Positions 44,603 through 56,281 of a DNA stretch of 64,000 nucleotides are shown here, piece after piece. The notes beneath the pieces were generated by a model. It had not been told where the DNA came from. It worked only from the letters and a program-made list of their open reading frames with translations, and did not search any database. The DNA lies in NCBI GenBank assembly GCA_963848215.1, contig CAWKCU010000012.1:16684-80683 (forward strand), given 5' to 3'. The DNA is from an uncultured Verrucomicrobiae bacterium. GTDB taxonomy: Bacteria; Verrucomicrobiota; Verrucomicrobiia; Chthoniobacterales; UBA10450. The position numbers were made by a program, and so were the translations under genes. Each line of letters begins with the position of its first letter. Positions within the stretch are counted from its first letter, which is position 1.

Positions 44603-46324
44603 TCACTGCTTCTGGCATGCGGCGGCGGAAGGAGCGGAAGGTGTTCACTCTGACTTCGTCCGAGCACGCGCTGCCCCTGCACCTCGTAGAGCGGAACGGT
44701 GGAGCCATTCAGGAAACTGGCACCCAACGGCTGTGTAACGGGGCGGCGGCTCCGTGGTCGGGCGCGAGCGCATCCTGGTAGTTCACGCCATAGAATCGAG
44801 GGTGGCAAAGCCGCCGAGCAGCATGGCGCGCACGCGCGTCTCGCCGCGCGCTCGCAGATAGGCGGCAAGTTCCTTGGCATCGTCTCCCCACTCCACATTC
44901 GAATCGGAGAGGTACCACCAGGGGGCGCGCGCGGAAGCGAGCTGGTTCATATAAGGCATGTAGTTCGGATAGATGCGCAACGCTTCGAAACGCTATCCAG
45001 GCGACGGCCAGTGTCGCCAGGGCCGTGCGCTGCCAGTCTGGCCAGCCGTGATGTTCGGACGAGCAGCGAATTCCAGAAAGCGCGCCGGAGAGAATGAACA
45101 GAAAGACGTAGCCCGGCAGATAATAGCGCACTCCGATATTGAGCGGGCTTGCCATGAGCAGAGCAGTATAAAGCGCGAACGGAATAAGCAGGACGAGGAG
45201 CGCCATTCTCGCCGACGAACGACGCGGCCGACGGCCCAGACGAGCGAGGCCAATGGAGAGGAACAGGAAAGGGATGGTGGCTTTAAGCGCGAACGCGACC
45301 GGGAAGTAATACCACCAGCCGTGGACGCTATACATTCCCGAGCAAACCGGCCGGATGACCGATCCGTGCTGTGATGCAGTTGCCAATAGACGCCCATCAC
45401 GAAATCGGTCGGTAAAATCAATGTCAGCGCGCGAACGCTCGCCGTGACGGCCGACGGCCGAAGCCGGGAAAGAGTTAGCGATCCATTCAGCGTCCCCGTC
45501 TGTCAAGGGCCGATGGTGGAAGAAGTAACCGGCGTTGATCGACGAGCGATGAGCGCAAGCAGTCGCGAGCGAGCGCATGTCCGACGAGTATGGGCCGCCG
45601 ATCTTTGTGCCGCCAGAGAAAGGAACACGAGGAAGAACAACGAGCAGGAGCCGGCCCAAGCACGACCATCGAATACTTGGCGAGCATGGCGATCGCCGCG
45701 GCCCCGCCCACGCCGAGCTGCGCTCCTCCAGGTCGGTACCTGCCAATAGCGATAAAGCGCAAAAATGCTGAGCAGAAGTCCGAACGCGGCTGGAATATCG
45801 GTTTGCACAACTCGCCCGTGCGCGAGCACGTTGGCTCGACCGCGAAAAAGCAAGGGCCAAGAGCGCCGCGCGATCGTCCGAACAAATCCCGGGCGAAAAC
45901 GAAGATGAGCAGACCCAGCGCGAGCGTGAGAGCAATCATCGGCATGCGCGCCCAGAAGGACAAATCGCGTGGAAGTGGGTCCGATTATCCGCCAAAAGCG
46001 CATGACGTAGTCCCATTCGTGTCTTCGGCGGACGGGCCGAAGGATCGATCTTGCGCCGGCGCGAACTCTTGGGGTTGAATGAACAGAAGCGGCAATCCGG
46101 CGAGCAATTTGCAAAGCGGCGGATGTTGCGGGATCAACTGCATCTCGCTCGGTCACGAGATGATAGTAGGCCGAGGGATGAGGACAAATTCGTCCGCGGT
46201 GATGCTTTTGCGCGCGGTGACGGAGATCAGGTTCACGGCCATCAGGAGCAAAATGAGGGCGGCCACGAAACCCACGCGATGACGCGCGCACGGCGCGCCG
46301 GGCGCGAACCAGATTGCCGCTCAT
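44565..46324 (-). pseudogene. GT39/PMT_2 family phospholipid-carrier-dependent glycosyltransferase, about ten frameshifts
   Basis: Pieces recovered by hand in three frames: ADEFVLIP/SAYYHLV, QHPPLCKLLAGLPLLF, ARMPMIALTLALGLLIFVFARDLFG, NVLAHGRVVQTDIPAAFGLLLSIFALYRYW, AIAMLAKYSMVVLGP, WWYYFPVAFALKATIPFLFL, and the C-terminal IGNSIYVYRNYD* (stop 44565-44567). Confidence 0.7.
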
Positions 46325-46447
46325 CCCACTCGAAGTGATTCGCCCATACTGCGGGGGGAATTGGTAGCACCTCGAAAAAGGCGACACCATGTTTTAGATG
46401 ATAAACGTCTTTATCTGGCCGCGCCGCCGTTGTACTAGATAGCCCCT

Positions 46448-46929
46448 ATGCTGATCCATTGCCCCGAGCTGACGGCCGATCAGATCGCAGAATGGATGCG
46501 GACCGCCGCGGCGCGTGCCGGCGACAGCGACGGCAGCCTGCGCGGGGCGATCGTCTATCGGGAGCGACGATGCGCCATCATCATCCCGGGTTCGATTTCA
46601 AAAAAGCGCGGGAAGCGCTGAACCGCGCGCGAACAAAAACGGACGTGCCCACCATAAAGCCGTTGCAGCGGTTGCGGCGAAACCAGGGCGCCGTGAATGA
46701 GGGCTTGATCGATTCCTTTAGCGCCCTCATCGCGGTCAACAAACAGATGGCGGCCGAAATCTCCGCGCTATCCTCGGAAATGGCGACGCTCCGCCAGCTC
46801 CTCGCCGAAACGAAGCGCGGTCGGCGTCCGAGCAAAACTCCGGACAACTCTAGGCCGTGCGGATCATCATCGCGACGGTGCAGATTCCGTTCGTCTCCGG
46901 CGGCGCGGAGTCGCATGCGGAAGGATTGA
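46448..46929 (+). CDS. hypothetical small coiled-coil protein (frame uncertain)
   Basis: The ATG at 46448 (MLIHCPELTADQIAEWMR) and ORF 46459..46929 (HPGFDFKKAREALNRA...EISALSSEMATLRQLL) are in different frames. It is the first plus-strand gene of the island. Confidence 0.3.
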
Positions 46930-47899
46930 AGGCGCGCGCTCATCGCGGAAGGTCACGAGGCGTCAATCGTCACCGTCCCCTACAATCCGGCGGTGCCGGA
47001 GCACATTCCCGATCAGATGCTGGCCTGCCGGCTGATGGATTTGACGGAGGTCCACGGGACGCGGGTGGACCGACTGATTGCGTTGAAATTTCCGGCCTAC
47101 CTGATTCCGCATCCGCACAAGATCGTCTGGGTGCTGCATCAGCATCGGGCCGCCTACGATCTCTGGGATTATCCCTTCGAAGATCTCAGCGCGACGCCGC
47201 GCGGAGTGATGGTGCGGGAAGCGATCCGGCGCGCCGATCAACTCCTGGCCGAGGCCGCGGCGGTTTACGCGAACTCGAAAAATGTCGCGAACCGGCTCGC
47301 GCATTTTTGCGGGATCGCCGCGACGCCGCTCTATCATCCCCCGCCGAATGCCGAGAGCTTTTACTGCGCGCGCGAAACGAAGAATATTTTTTCTTTCCCG
47401 AGCCGTCTCTCGGCCTCGAAACGGCAGAGCCTGGTCCTGGAAGCGCTGGCTTTGACGAAACAAAAAGTGAAGGTCCGTTTCGCGGGCGTGCCGGACAGCG
47501 CGGAATACGGCAAGCGCCTGAAGCTGATGGCGGAGAAGCTGGGAGTCGAAGCGCGCGTGGAGTGGCTGGGGTTCATCCCGGAAGAAGAGAAACGCGAGCA
47601 CTACGCGAAGGCGATCGCCGTGATTTTCCCGCCGGTGGACGAGGATTATGGTTACATAACCCTGGAGGCGATGCTCTCCTCGAAGGCGGTGATCACCTGC
47701 GACGATTCGGGCGGGCCGCTCGAATTTGTGGCGCACAAGGAAACGGGATTGATCGCAAAGCCGACTCGCGGCCGCGCTGGCCGCCGCGCTCGATGAGTTG
47801 TGGCGGGACCGGGATCTCGCCGTGAAATACGGACGCGCCGGGCGCGATCGTTATCGGCAGTTCGAAGTTGTCGTGGCCGGAGGTGGTCCGGCCGATTGT
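46857..47899 (+). pseudogene. GT4 family glycosyltransferase (2-3 frameshifts)
   Basis: VRIIIATVQIPFVSGGAE start, then HPHKIVWVLHQHRAAYDLWD, NSKNVANRL, EDYGYITLEAMLSSKAVITCDDSGGPLEFV (E-x7-E region). The frame changes near 46930 and 47760. Confidence 0.7.
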
Positions 47900-47903
47900 T
47901 GAC

Positions 47904-49274
47904 GTGAAGCTAAATCTCTTTTCTCCTTTGCCGCCGACGCGATCGGAAATCGCGCGGGTGACCACGAATCTACTGCCGTTGCTCGCGGAGAAGGCGGAGA
48001 TCGTTGTTTGGTCGAGCGAGCCGAATGGGACTGGCGGCTGCAACGCATGCGACGGTCCGGCATTACGACGCCGCTCGCCCGCCCTGGCGCGAAATCAGCG
48101 AAGCGGACGTCACGTTTTATCAGATGGGGAACGACCCGCGTTATCACCATGCGATCTGGCGCATGAGCCAGCAGCATCCGGGCATCGTCATTCTGCACGA
48201 TCTCATGTTGCAGCATTTTTTTTCCGGTCTCGTCTTTCACGATCTGGGATTGAGCCGGCGCAAGTATCTCGAGCTGGTCGAGCGCCATCATGGCGCGAAG
48301 GGCCGGGTCCTGGCGGAATCGCATCTGCATGGATTGCTGGGCACCGAAGAGCTCGGGCAGCAATGTCCGCTCACCGGCGCCGCGACGGAAAATGCGCTCG
48401 CGGTCATGGTCCACTCGGAGGCGGCCTATCGAGTGGTTTCCGCAGGAAATGCCGGCAGCATATCTGCCGCTCTGTGTCTGCGCGCCCGCGCCCGCTGGAG
48501 AACCCGTCAGCGGAATCAACCTCTTCTCAGCGACAGCCTATCGGATCAGTCTTTTCGGTTTTCTCGGGCCGAATCGCCGGCTGCCGGTGTTGCTGCGCGC
48601 GCTGGCGAACTTTGCGGAGCGCGATCGTTTCCGGCTGGATATTTACGGAACGATCGAAGGCGCGGAAAAGATTCAGCAACTCATCGGTCGTCTTGGCCTG
48701 GGCGAACTGGTGACAATGCATGGGTTCGTTCGTCAGGATGAATTGGATGAAGCCTTGCGACGGACTGATCTGGTGGTGAACCTGCGCAACCCGAGCATGG
48801 GCGAAGCTTCGGCCAGCCAGCTCCATCTCTGGCAATATGGCGCTTCCGGCGCTCGTCAGCCGGCGGCCTGGTATGAAACGCTGCCGGCGGACACCGTGGC
48901 TTTCGTGCGTCCCGAGCACGAAGCGCGAAGATATCCAGGCGCATCTGGCCGCATTCCTGGCCGACCCCGAGAAATATCGCGAGCTCGGCCGGAATGGTCA
49001 GCGGTCATGTGACCGAGAACCATTCGATGGAAACATACGCGCGCTCCTTGCTGGAGGTGGCAAATCGAGCGCCGGAATTTCGGAGCCGCTGGATTGCGCG
49101 AGATCTCGCGCGGCGCGCCGCTTCGAGCCATGAGCGCCTGGTGCGACGCTCGACGATTGACGCGTTCCTTCCGCGCGTGGCGGAGCAGATCGAAAAACTG
49201 GCCACCGGAAAGCCGCGTATCCGCTTCGAACATCGACGCGGCGACATCGACAGCGTTCGCCGAAAAGCATTTAA
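47904..49274 (+). pseudogene. GT4-like glycosyltransferase (several frameshifts; 3' end approximate)
   Basis: VKLNLFSPLPPTRSEIARVTTNLLPLL start, then FYQMGNDPRYHHAIWRMSQQHPGIVILHDLMLQHFF, ISLFGFLGPNRRLPVLLRAL, NLRNPSMGEASASQL, spread over ORFs 47868.., 48004.., 48290.., 48837.., 48994... Confidence 0.6.
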
Positions 49275-49289
49275 TTATGTCCGGAGAAC

Positions 49290-49927
49290 ATGTCTTCAGA
49301 CAGCGAACGCGAGGCGTCCGGCGATCTCTTTCGAAAGGTGGAAGATACGCTCGAAACAATTGCGCGACCGTCGCGACGCCACCTCCGGCCCGCCGGAATC
49401 GTGGCTGAAGAAGAGATTCAGTCCGGCCGCGTCCTTCGTCGCACCAAAGCGAATTCAACGTCGCGCTGGCCGATGCGCTGAGCTCAGCTCGTTGAGCGTT
49501 TTGCGCGAAACCGCCGCGAGCCGAGAAGGCCCGCCTCGAGCAGGTCGCGGAGGAAGTGGCGGAGTTGCGAACGCTGGCAGGAAGACCTGGATACTGTTCG
49601 AGAAAGTCGGGCGGCGTCGAGAGAGAATTGCGTTCGGTGCCGCAAACGTGCGCGGATTGCAGGAGCGCTCCGCCGCGCTCGAAACAGAACTGGCGCAAGC
49701 GCGAGAGGAACAGAGGGAGCAAGCTGCGGCAGCTCACTGGCGACCAGGGCGATCTTCGCCGTGAGATTGAGGAGCGCATCCAGCATCTGCTCGATGAGCA
49801 GCGCGTTTGCATCCGGCAGCTTTCCTTGCAGGCGAGCGAGGAAGCCGTTCTGGCGGATCGCGCCCGCCGCGCGACGGAATTGAAACTGGAGGAACTCGCC
49901 CGGCGCGTTCCGCCACCGCCGGCATGA
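49290..49927 (+). pseudogene. coiled-coil protein (frameshifted), overlapping the next methyltransferase start by 4 nt (ATGA)
   Basis: Heptad-like segments ...KARLEQVAEEVAELRTLA..., GDLRREIEERIQHLLDEQRVCIRQLSLQASEEAVLADRARRATELKLEEL. The stop overlaps the ATG at 49924. Confidence 0.4.
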
Positions 49928-51273
49928 ACTCGCCCGGCAACGACACGGACCTTTACGCCCGCGCCGGGATTGACGATCTGGCGCGAATTTTACCGGGACA
50001 AATTCGTTTCGAACGCGGTCCTCGATCATCGCTACTTCAAACCGCTCGACCGTTTCGATCTTCGCTTCGCGCGGACGATGTGGGTCTACGACAACGTGCG
50101 CCGGAACTCGACGTTGCTCGATCTCGGTTGCGGCGCGGGAATGCTCGCGCTGTTGAAACGCAAAGGCGTCGCGCTGACCGGCGTCGATCTTTCCGACGAA
50201 TGCGTCGCCGCGGCGCGCCGCAATGGTTACGACGAGACAGTCCTGCGCTGAGCTGCACGCGATTGCCGTTCGCGGACGCGTCGTTCGATTACGTCGCCAG
50301 CCTGGATGTCATCGGCCACATCCCGCAGGAACAAAAGGACGCCGTCTTCGCGGAAATCAAACGGGTCCTGCGGCCGGGCGGCGTGACCCTGCACGGGATC
50401 GAATGCACCGATCGCGCGGGCCGGCGCGGCTACGCGGAAATGTCGCCGGAAGAATTGCGCCGCTTCATCGCGCATCGACGGCCACGTGGGACTGGAGGAG
50501 GAAGAGGAGCACGCCGCGCGTTTTCGCAGATTTTTCGCCCACGTGGCCTCGGAGCCGCGTTACGCGCTTTGCCTGAGCAGCGATGAATTTCAGAAGCAAG
50601 CGGATCGCTATGGCCTGCCGTTCGAAGAGGATTTCGTCGAATACCTGCGCGGACTATTCTTCGAGGAACGGCGCGCCTTCGACATGGCGATGGGATACGT
50701 CTTCGGCAAAATCTCCGATCTCAACGTGCGCCTGCCGCGGGCCGGACTCTATACTGCTGTTGAAGGCTTCGGACGTGCCACTGGGCCCTTTCTATAATGA
50801 GCATCGCGACCGGCGCGATTTGCTGGAGCTGTCGCGGATCGAGCCGGGAAACGCAGAGCGTTGTCTGGATCGTTCGCCGCACGCGATTTTCGACGACGGC
50901 TGGTACGAACCGGACAATCTTCCGCCGATCGCGCGCTGGATGAAGAAACGGGCAAGGGTTCGATTTCGGGCCGCGAAGTTTGAGCCGCGATCTCGCCTCG
51001 ATCTGACCACGCATCTGCCCGATCTGATGCCGGACGGCGATGGAAGTGACGTTTTCGCTGAACGGCGTTCCCGCTCAGCGCGTGCACTCTGTTTTCCGCT
51101 ACGGCTGGGTCGAGCTTGAAGTTGAAATTGCCGGAGCCGTGAGCCTCGGGCGATCGAGATGTTCGAGCTCGAGATCCGCGCGGACCAAACCTGGCAGCCG
51201 CGCCCGGGCGATCGTCGAAAATCGCGACGATCGCAACATCTCGATCGCCGTCTGCAATCTCACGTGCGGTTAA
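49924..51273 (+). pseudogene. class I SAM-dependent methyltransferase with C-terminal extension (at least 4 frameshifts)
   Basis: LLDLGCGAGMLALLL-type motif I (STLLDLGCGAGMLAL), LPFADASFDYVASLDVIGHI, LRPGGVTLHGIE. The C-terminal block is FDDGWYEPDNLPPIARWM...FELEIRADQTWQP...DDRNISIAVCNL. Confidence 0.65.
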
Positions 51274-51279
51274 AGGCGA

Positions 51280-52517
51280 ATGGATCCCGCCAGCAATCCA
51301 GGCCGGTTGCCGAAGCTCGAAGGGATCGATTACAAACGGGCGGCGATCGATTACCCGGGCAAGCTCAGCGCGGAACGTCTCCATCATCTGCGCACAAAAC
51401 CGTTTTATAATCTCGCCAACAAACTGCCGAAGTTTCGCGGCACTCGAGGGCATGGATGCGGAAACGCATCGGGAGTTTTGCGATTTCGCGAATATCGCGG
51501 TCGCGCTCGAGCTGCCGCCGGGCGCCCGGATCCTGGACGTGGCCTGCGGGTCCGGGCTGGCTGAGCGAATATTTCGCGCGGCTCGGCTATGACGTTACCG
51601 GCATCGACATCAGCCCGGATTTGATCCGCATTTCGGAAGATCGCGTTCGAGGATTGCCTTACGGCGTCGATCCTGAGACGCCGCTGCGCTGCCGGTTCCT
51701 CGTGCACGACGTGGAAGGGGCGCCGCTCGGCGAGAAGTTTGACGCGCTGGTTTGCTACGACGCGATGCATCACTTCGCCGACGAGCAGGCGGTGGCGCGG
51801 AATCTGGCCGCGATGCTCAACGTGGGTGGTTTGCTCTTCATTCTCGAAGGGACGAAACCGCCGCAGGATTCGGCCGGAGAAGCGGAATTGATCGACGTGA
51901 TGCAGCGTTTCGAAACGCTCGAATCGCCCTTCGATGCGGCCTACCTCCGGCAGATTCTCGACCAGAACGGGCTCGCGGTGGTGGGCGATTACGTCAGCGT
52001 CAATGCGTTGATCGATCGCGATGCGCTCGATGAGGAAGGCCGGATTCGGCCGCACCTTCCGGCGAACAATTATCTGCTCTGCAAGAAGGTCGTTGAAGGC
52101 AAGCCAGCTTCTTCAGTGCCGGACAGCCGGGCGCCGGCGGACTTAAGGGCGGCGATCGAGTTGGCAGAGCCCTTGAAACAAGAGATCCGTTCCGGCGCGA
52201 CGTTCGTGGGTGCGGTTAAAGGTCGCGAACAGAGGCGACACGCTCTGGCTGGGCGGCAAGTTACATGCGCCGCGGCGCGGTCATGCTGGGAGTCAAGCTT
52301 CTCGACGCCGACGGGAATATCGTCGACGAATTTCACGGCGAGCCGGCGTTGCCCCGGGCGATGGCGCCGGGGGAAGAAACCTTGGCCGTCATCGAGCGCA
52401 CGAGCTCCAGCAAAGCCGGGCCCTTATACGATGAAGATCGATCTCGTGGATCAATTCATCTGCTGGTTCGAGGAGCGCGGGTCGGAGCCGCTCGTCTTGT
52501 CGTTAGAGGTCCGCTAG
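51280..52517 (+). pseudogene. class I SAM-dependent methyltransferase with C-terminal Ig-like domain (at least 6 frameshifts)
   Basis: ARILDVACGSGWLSEYFARLGYDVTGIDIS, FDALVCYDAMHHF, LNVGGLLFILEG. The C-terminal VKVANRGDTLW...LGVKLLDADGNIV...YTMKIDLVDQFICWFEERGSEPLVLSLEVR is recovered from three frames. Confidence 0.65.
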
Positions 52518-53281
52518 CTGCGGACCGCCACAATGGTCGAGCGTTCTTCGAAACGGTCACCGTACATATAATAGAACTTCGCGTGGCTTATCTTCGCGAT
52601 GCTGAATCCGAGCATGGCGAAGACTTCGCGATAGATCGCGGGTGAATAAGTCCACCAAGTGAAGTCGGCGGCGGGATTGTCGGCCCGTCCTTCAAATCGG
52701 GCGAGCGGCTCGTCGCTCTGAAGCAGCGGCGTCACCACAACTATTGTCTCCGTGACGAGCCGCGCGATCGAGGCGAGTGCGCTGATTTGATCGCTCAAAT
52801 GCTCGAGCACGGAGCCGACAATGGCGACCTGAAAATGACCGAGCGTTTCCGGCAGACGATAGATGTCGCCGTAATAAACTTCGGCCTTCGAATTCAGAAG
52901 CCGGTGGCAAAGCCAGTAGGCGTTTTTCCATTGCTCGATTTCCGCGCTGTATTGCGTGGCCCAGCGCTCCGGATCGCGGAAGTAGGGTTTGTCTTTGAAG
53001 GGCAAAAAAGTTTGCTGCGCTCCATCCCTCTGGTCGAACGAGAGGATGCGGGAGGCGCCTTTCTTTTCCGCCTCGAAGCTCAGGAAGCCGGTGGCCGTTC
53101 CAACATCCAGCACCGATTTTCCCGCCATCGGCACTCCGCCTACGTAGTCGTCAAATTTTTCGCGCAGATCCCAATGTCCGCGGACGAGCCCGAAGCCGGG
53201 CAGATCCATCGCGTGATAGAAGAAACAATCTTCCAGCCGGTCGACGAAACGGGGCGGGGCGAGCGGAGCGGATTCAGTCAT
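52514..53281 (-). CDS. class I SAM-dependent methyltransferase (intact)
   Basis: 255 aa with SVLDVGTATGFLSFEAEKKGA (motif I) and FQVAIVGSVLEHL. It overlaps the YfhO-like gene stop by 8 nt. Confidence 0.8.
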   Translation of the reverse strand: MTESAPLAPPRFVDRLEDCFFYHAMDLPGFGLVRGHWDLREKFDDYVGGVPMAGKSVLDVGTATGFLSFEAEKKGASRILSFDQRDGAQQTFLPFKDKPYFRDPERWATQYSAEIEQWKNAYWLCHRLLNSKAEVYYGDIYRLPETLGHFQVAIVGSVLEHLSDQISALASIARLVTETIVVVTPLLQSDEPLARFEGRADNPAADFTWWTYSPAIYREVFAMLGFSIAKISHAKFYYMYGDRFEERSTIVAVRS

Positions 53282-56260
53282 GACGAGAAGTTCGTCCCGC
53301 GGCCGCCCATCCCAGGAGCGCCACCAATGTGACCAGCGAAATCATGCCGCCTATTTGGACCGACCGGGGTTGATAATTAAACATCACGGTATGTCTACCC
53401 CGTGGCAGGGCGACGCCACGCTGATTGTAATTCACCCGCAAGGTTCTCGCGCGCCGCCCATCGACGTGCGCCTGCCAGCCCGGATAATGATTTTCCGCCA
53501 GAACCAGAACCGAGGGCGCGTTGGATTCCGTCTTGATCTCCACGCGGTTTGGTTCGTGCCGGACAAACTCGACGCGGCTCTCCTGCCCTTTCTCGGTCGG
53601 AAAGGCAACGCGGGTGGCGCGTTCGACCAGGACCTGTTCGAGCGGATCCCACGCCGAACCGTCAGGCAATTTTCCTGAACGAATGATCGCCAGCGTTTCC
53701 TCCGCGGTGACGACGTGTTCCCTGCTCACCAGCCAGGCCCGGGGCAGCACGCGGGTATTTTCGAAGATCGCCACCGGCCCGACATTCGTCACGCGCTTCC
53801 AGCGGGCTTCCAGGTTTTGCGGTTTTGGAGAGGAGCTGGTGCTGACCCATTCCTTTCGCACCGGCAAGGCGTTCGCTCCGTGCGAGAGTGAGATGCGTCC
53901 GACATTGAGCAAGAGGCTGGGAGCATCCGCTGCCGGTTGCACGGTTATGTCGCCGCCGGTGACAACCGCGGAGCGCGGCAAGGCAAAGGAGGAAACGTAA
54001 TCGTGACCTTCGAAGGTCGGTTGCGCGTCCGGCACGATATAGCTCGTCGCCACCGGGGCTCGCTTGTGTTTTATCCGCGCCTGCATGTCGGCCCGATCAT
54101 GGGCCCATTCGGAGGTATGCTCTCCGGCCCGTAAGTCGAACTCGAATTTCTCTCCATCCTTTCCGTGCAATTGAATCCGCGCGACGACGGTCCCATCGGG
54201 AATGTTTTCGGAGAACGCCAGAACTGTTGTGAGGACAAGATTGTCGGTTTCAGTCGGCGGTACGGTGAAGGAAAGCCGTTGGCCCGTCACGATTCCCGGC
54301 AAGCCGAAATTGTCCCGCGCGAAGCTGTGGCCGCCGTAATTTTCCAACGCCAACGGGGCAGGGGGCGGCGCAGCGGTCGTTGCGGCGGTTGGAGCTGCCC
54401 CCGATCTCACGAGCAGATAACGAACATTCAGCAAATCGATCTCACGGCTCTCGCTCCTCAGCGTGCGTTCGGGATCGGTCAGGTCGCCCCACACTTTCAT
54501 GTCGCCCGCCAGCTGGCTATAGCGGGCGACGCCGAACCCTTCGTAACCAGCGGCGTTTTCCCATCCCCACATCGTGCAAATATCCGGCTGGAGCGACGGG
54601 ATCCAGGCAGCGACCGGCGCCGGAGTAGGAAACAGGCTGGTCGGGATCGAAGAAATGGTCCTGGGTCAGAATGCGGTACGGCGCTCTCTTGGTGTCCGCG
54701 GCGCTCACTGCGGACGCGGGCTCTTCCTGCGCACGAAGAAACTTGAAGGCGCCAGGTTCGCTCCAGATTTCCGATTTCGCGGTGGGGCTCGCCGTTCGCC
54801 AGCCGCTGAATTGACCCCAAAGATTCAGATCCAACGAGTAAAACCGCGATGAGAATGGCCACGGCTCCAGCGCTCCTGCGCCGCGCGAGAAACCAGAGCG
54901 CCCACCCGCTGAGGGCCGCCATGACCGGCGGCAAGAACAGCTCCGGAGCGCGAAGAATCGAGACAGGGGCTATTCGGCCGAGGCGAAATTCCGCGGGACG
55001 ACCGGTTGTTATTGCCAGGCAGGTAAGGAGAAAGACGATCGCACCGCTGATCGCGACCCACTTCAGAATTCGCGTTCTGTCGCTGGCGGTCATCAACGCC
55101 GTCAGACCCCGGCCCGCCAGGACAGCGAGGGCGAACTCCACTTCCATCAAGTGCCGCGCAGGAACGCGGAAAAGGTTGAGGACCGGCACGGCGTAAATGA
55201 ACCGGTAAATTTCAAGAGGAGCGTAGCGGCCGAGGGCAAGGATAATGCCGGCTCCGGCAACAATCACCCAGAACACCGTCCTGCCGTCGCGTTTGAGGAG
55301 CAACACCAGCAGCGTCAACGCGACCGTAGCGAGTCCGACATATGCGACATACTCCGCATAAAAGGATGGCCCGACGTAGGGCGCGCGAAAGAAATTACCG
55401 TCGCCACCGCCCATCACGTAAGGCGCAAAGAAGGTCCAAAGAAAACGCCGTGGCATGCTGAACGAGCTGAAGAATTCGTAGGACGCATCGGCGCGCAGGC
55501 TCTGCCGCAGCAATTCCAGGGTCGGCAGGATTTGCACCGCGGCCAGGGCGAGGCCTGCGGCGATCATGACCAACGACCAAAGATAAGCCGGCCGGCGCTC
55601 GCCGGCGGTATGACTGGCGCGCCACATGACCACGGCATACGCGCCCGCCACGAGCAGGGCATAAACGAAGGTCTGCTGATGGCCGGCGAAACATTGGAAC
55701 GCCACCAGCACGGCGACGAGCACGCCGCGCCGCCGATCGCCATTCGCGGCGTAGCCATCGATCGCCCACAGCAACCAGGGCAGAAGCGCCGCCGTGTGCA
55801 CGATGTTGGTGTGCCCGACCTGGCCGACCATGAATGCGCTGCCTTGCCAGACCAGACTGGTCACGATCGCTCCGCTAATGCTCGAGCCGATTCGCCGCGC
55901 ATAGAGATAAGCCCCGAGCGCCGCGAGCATGTAGGCGCGAAAGCATCATCAGGTTCGTCGCCACCGGCGCGCTGAAGAGGAGGTAGAACCAGTTGAGCGG
56001 AAAGAGCACCCCGGCCTGCGCCGCGCCCAGGAGCGGCATGCCGCGAAAAGATGTAAGGATTCCAAAGCGGCGCGTGGCCCGCGCGGATGAGATCCGCCAC
56101 GACGACGCGCAGCGGAACGTTTTGAATGATCCCGTCGTCCGGACAGAGGACGATGCTGCCCGCAAACCGCCGGCAGGAAATAGATGAGCGGCAGGAGCGT
56201 GACGAAGAGCGCCGCCAAGCCTTCGCGGGTCAGGAGCCGGTCGCGGAAAGATCGAATCAA
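53274..56260 (-). pseudogene. YfhO family membrane glycosyltransferase (several frameshifts)
   Basis: N-terminus MIRSFRDRLLTREGLAALFVTLLPLIYF (55949..56260), polytopic core (54497..55930), C-terminal soluble part plus last TM (53274..54572) with ENHYPGWQAHVDGRRA...NYNQRGVALPRGRHTVMFNYQP. Frame changes are near 54540, 55900-55950 and 56100. Confidence 0.7.
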
Positions 56261-56281
56261 AGCGGAGACCGCCGGCTTATC

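Noticed and set aside
46585-46599. CCCGGGTTCGATTTC resembling a tRNA T-arm
   Set aside because: The flanking sequence cannot be folded into an acceptor stem, D-arm or anticodon arm. The segment also lies inside a protein-coding frame (HPGFDFKK).
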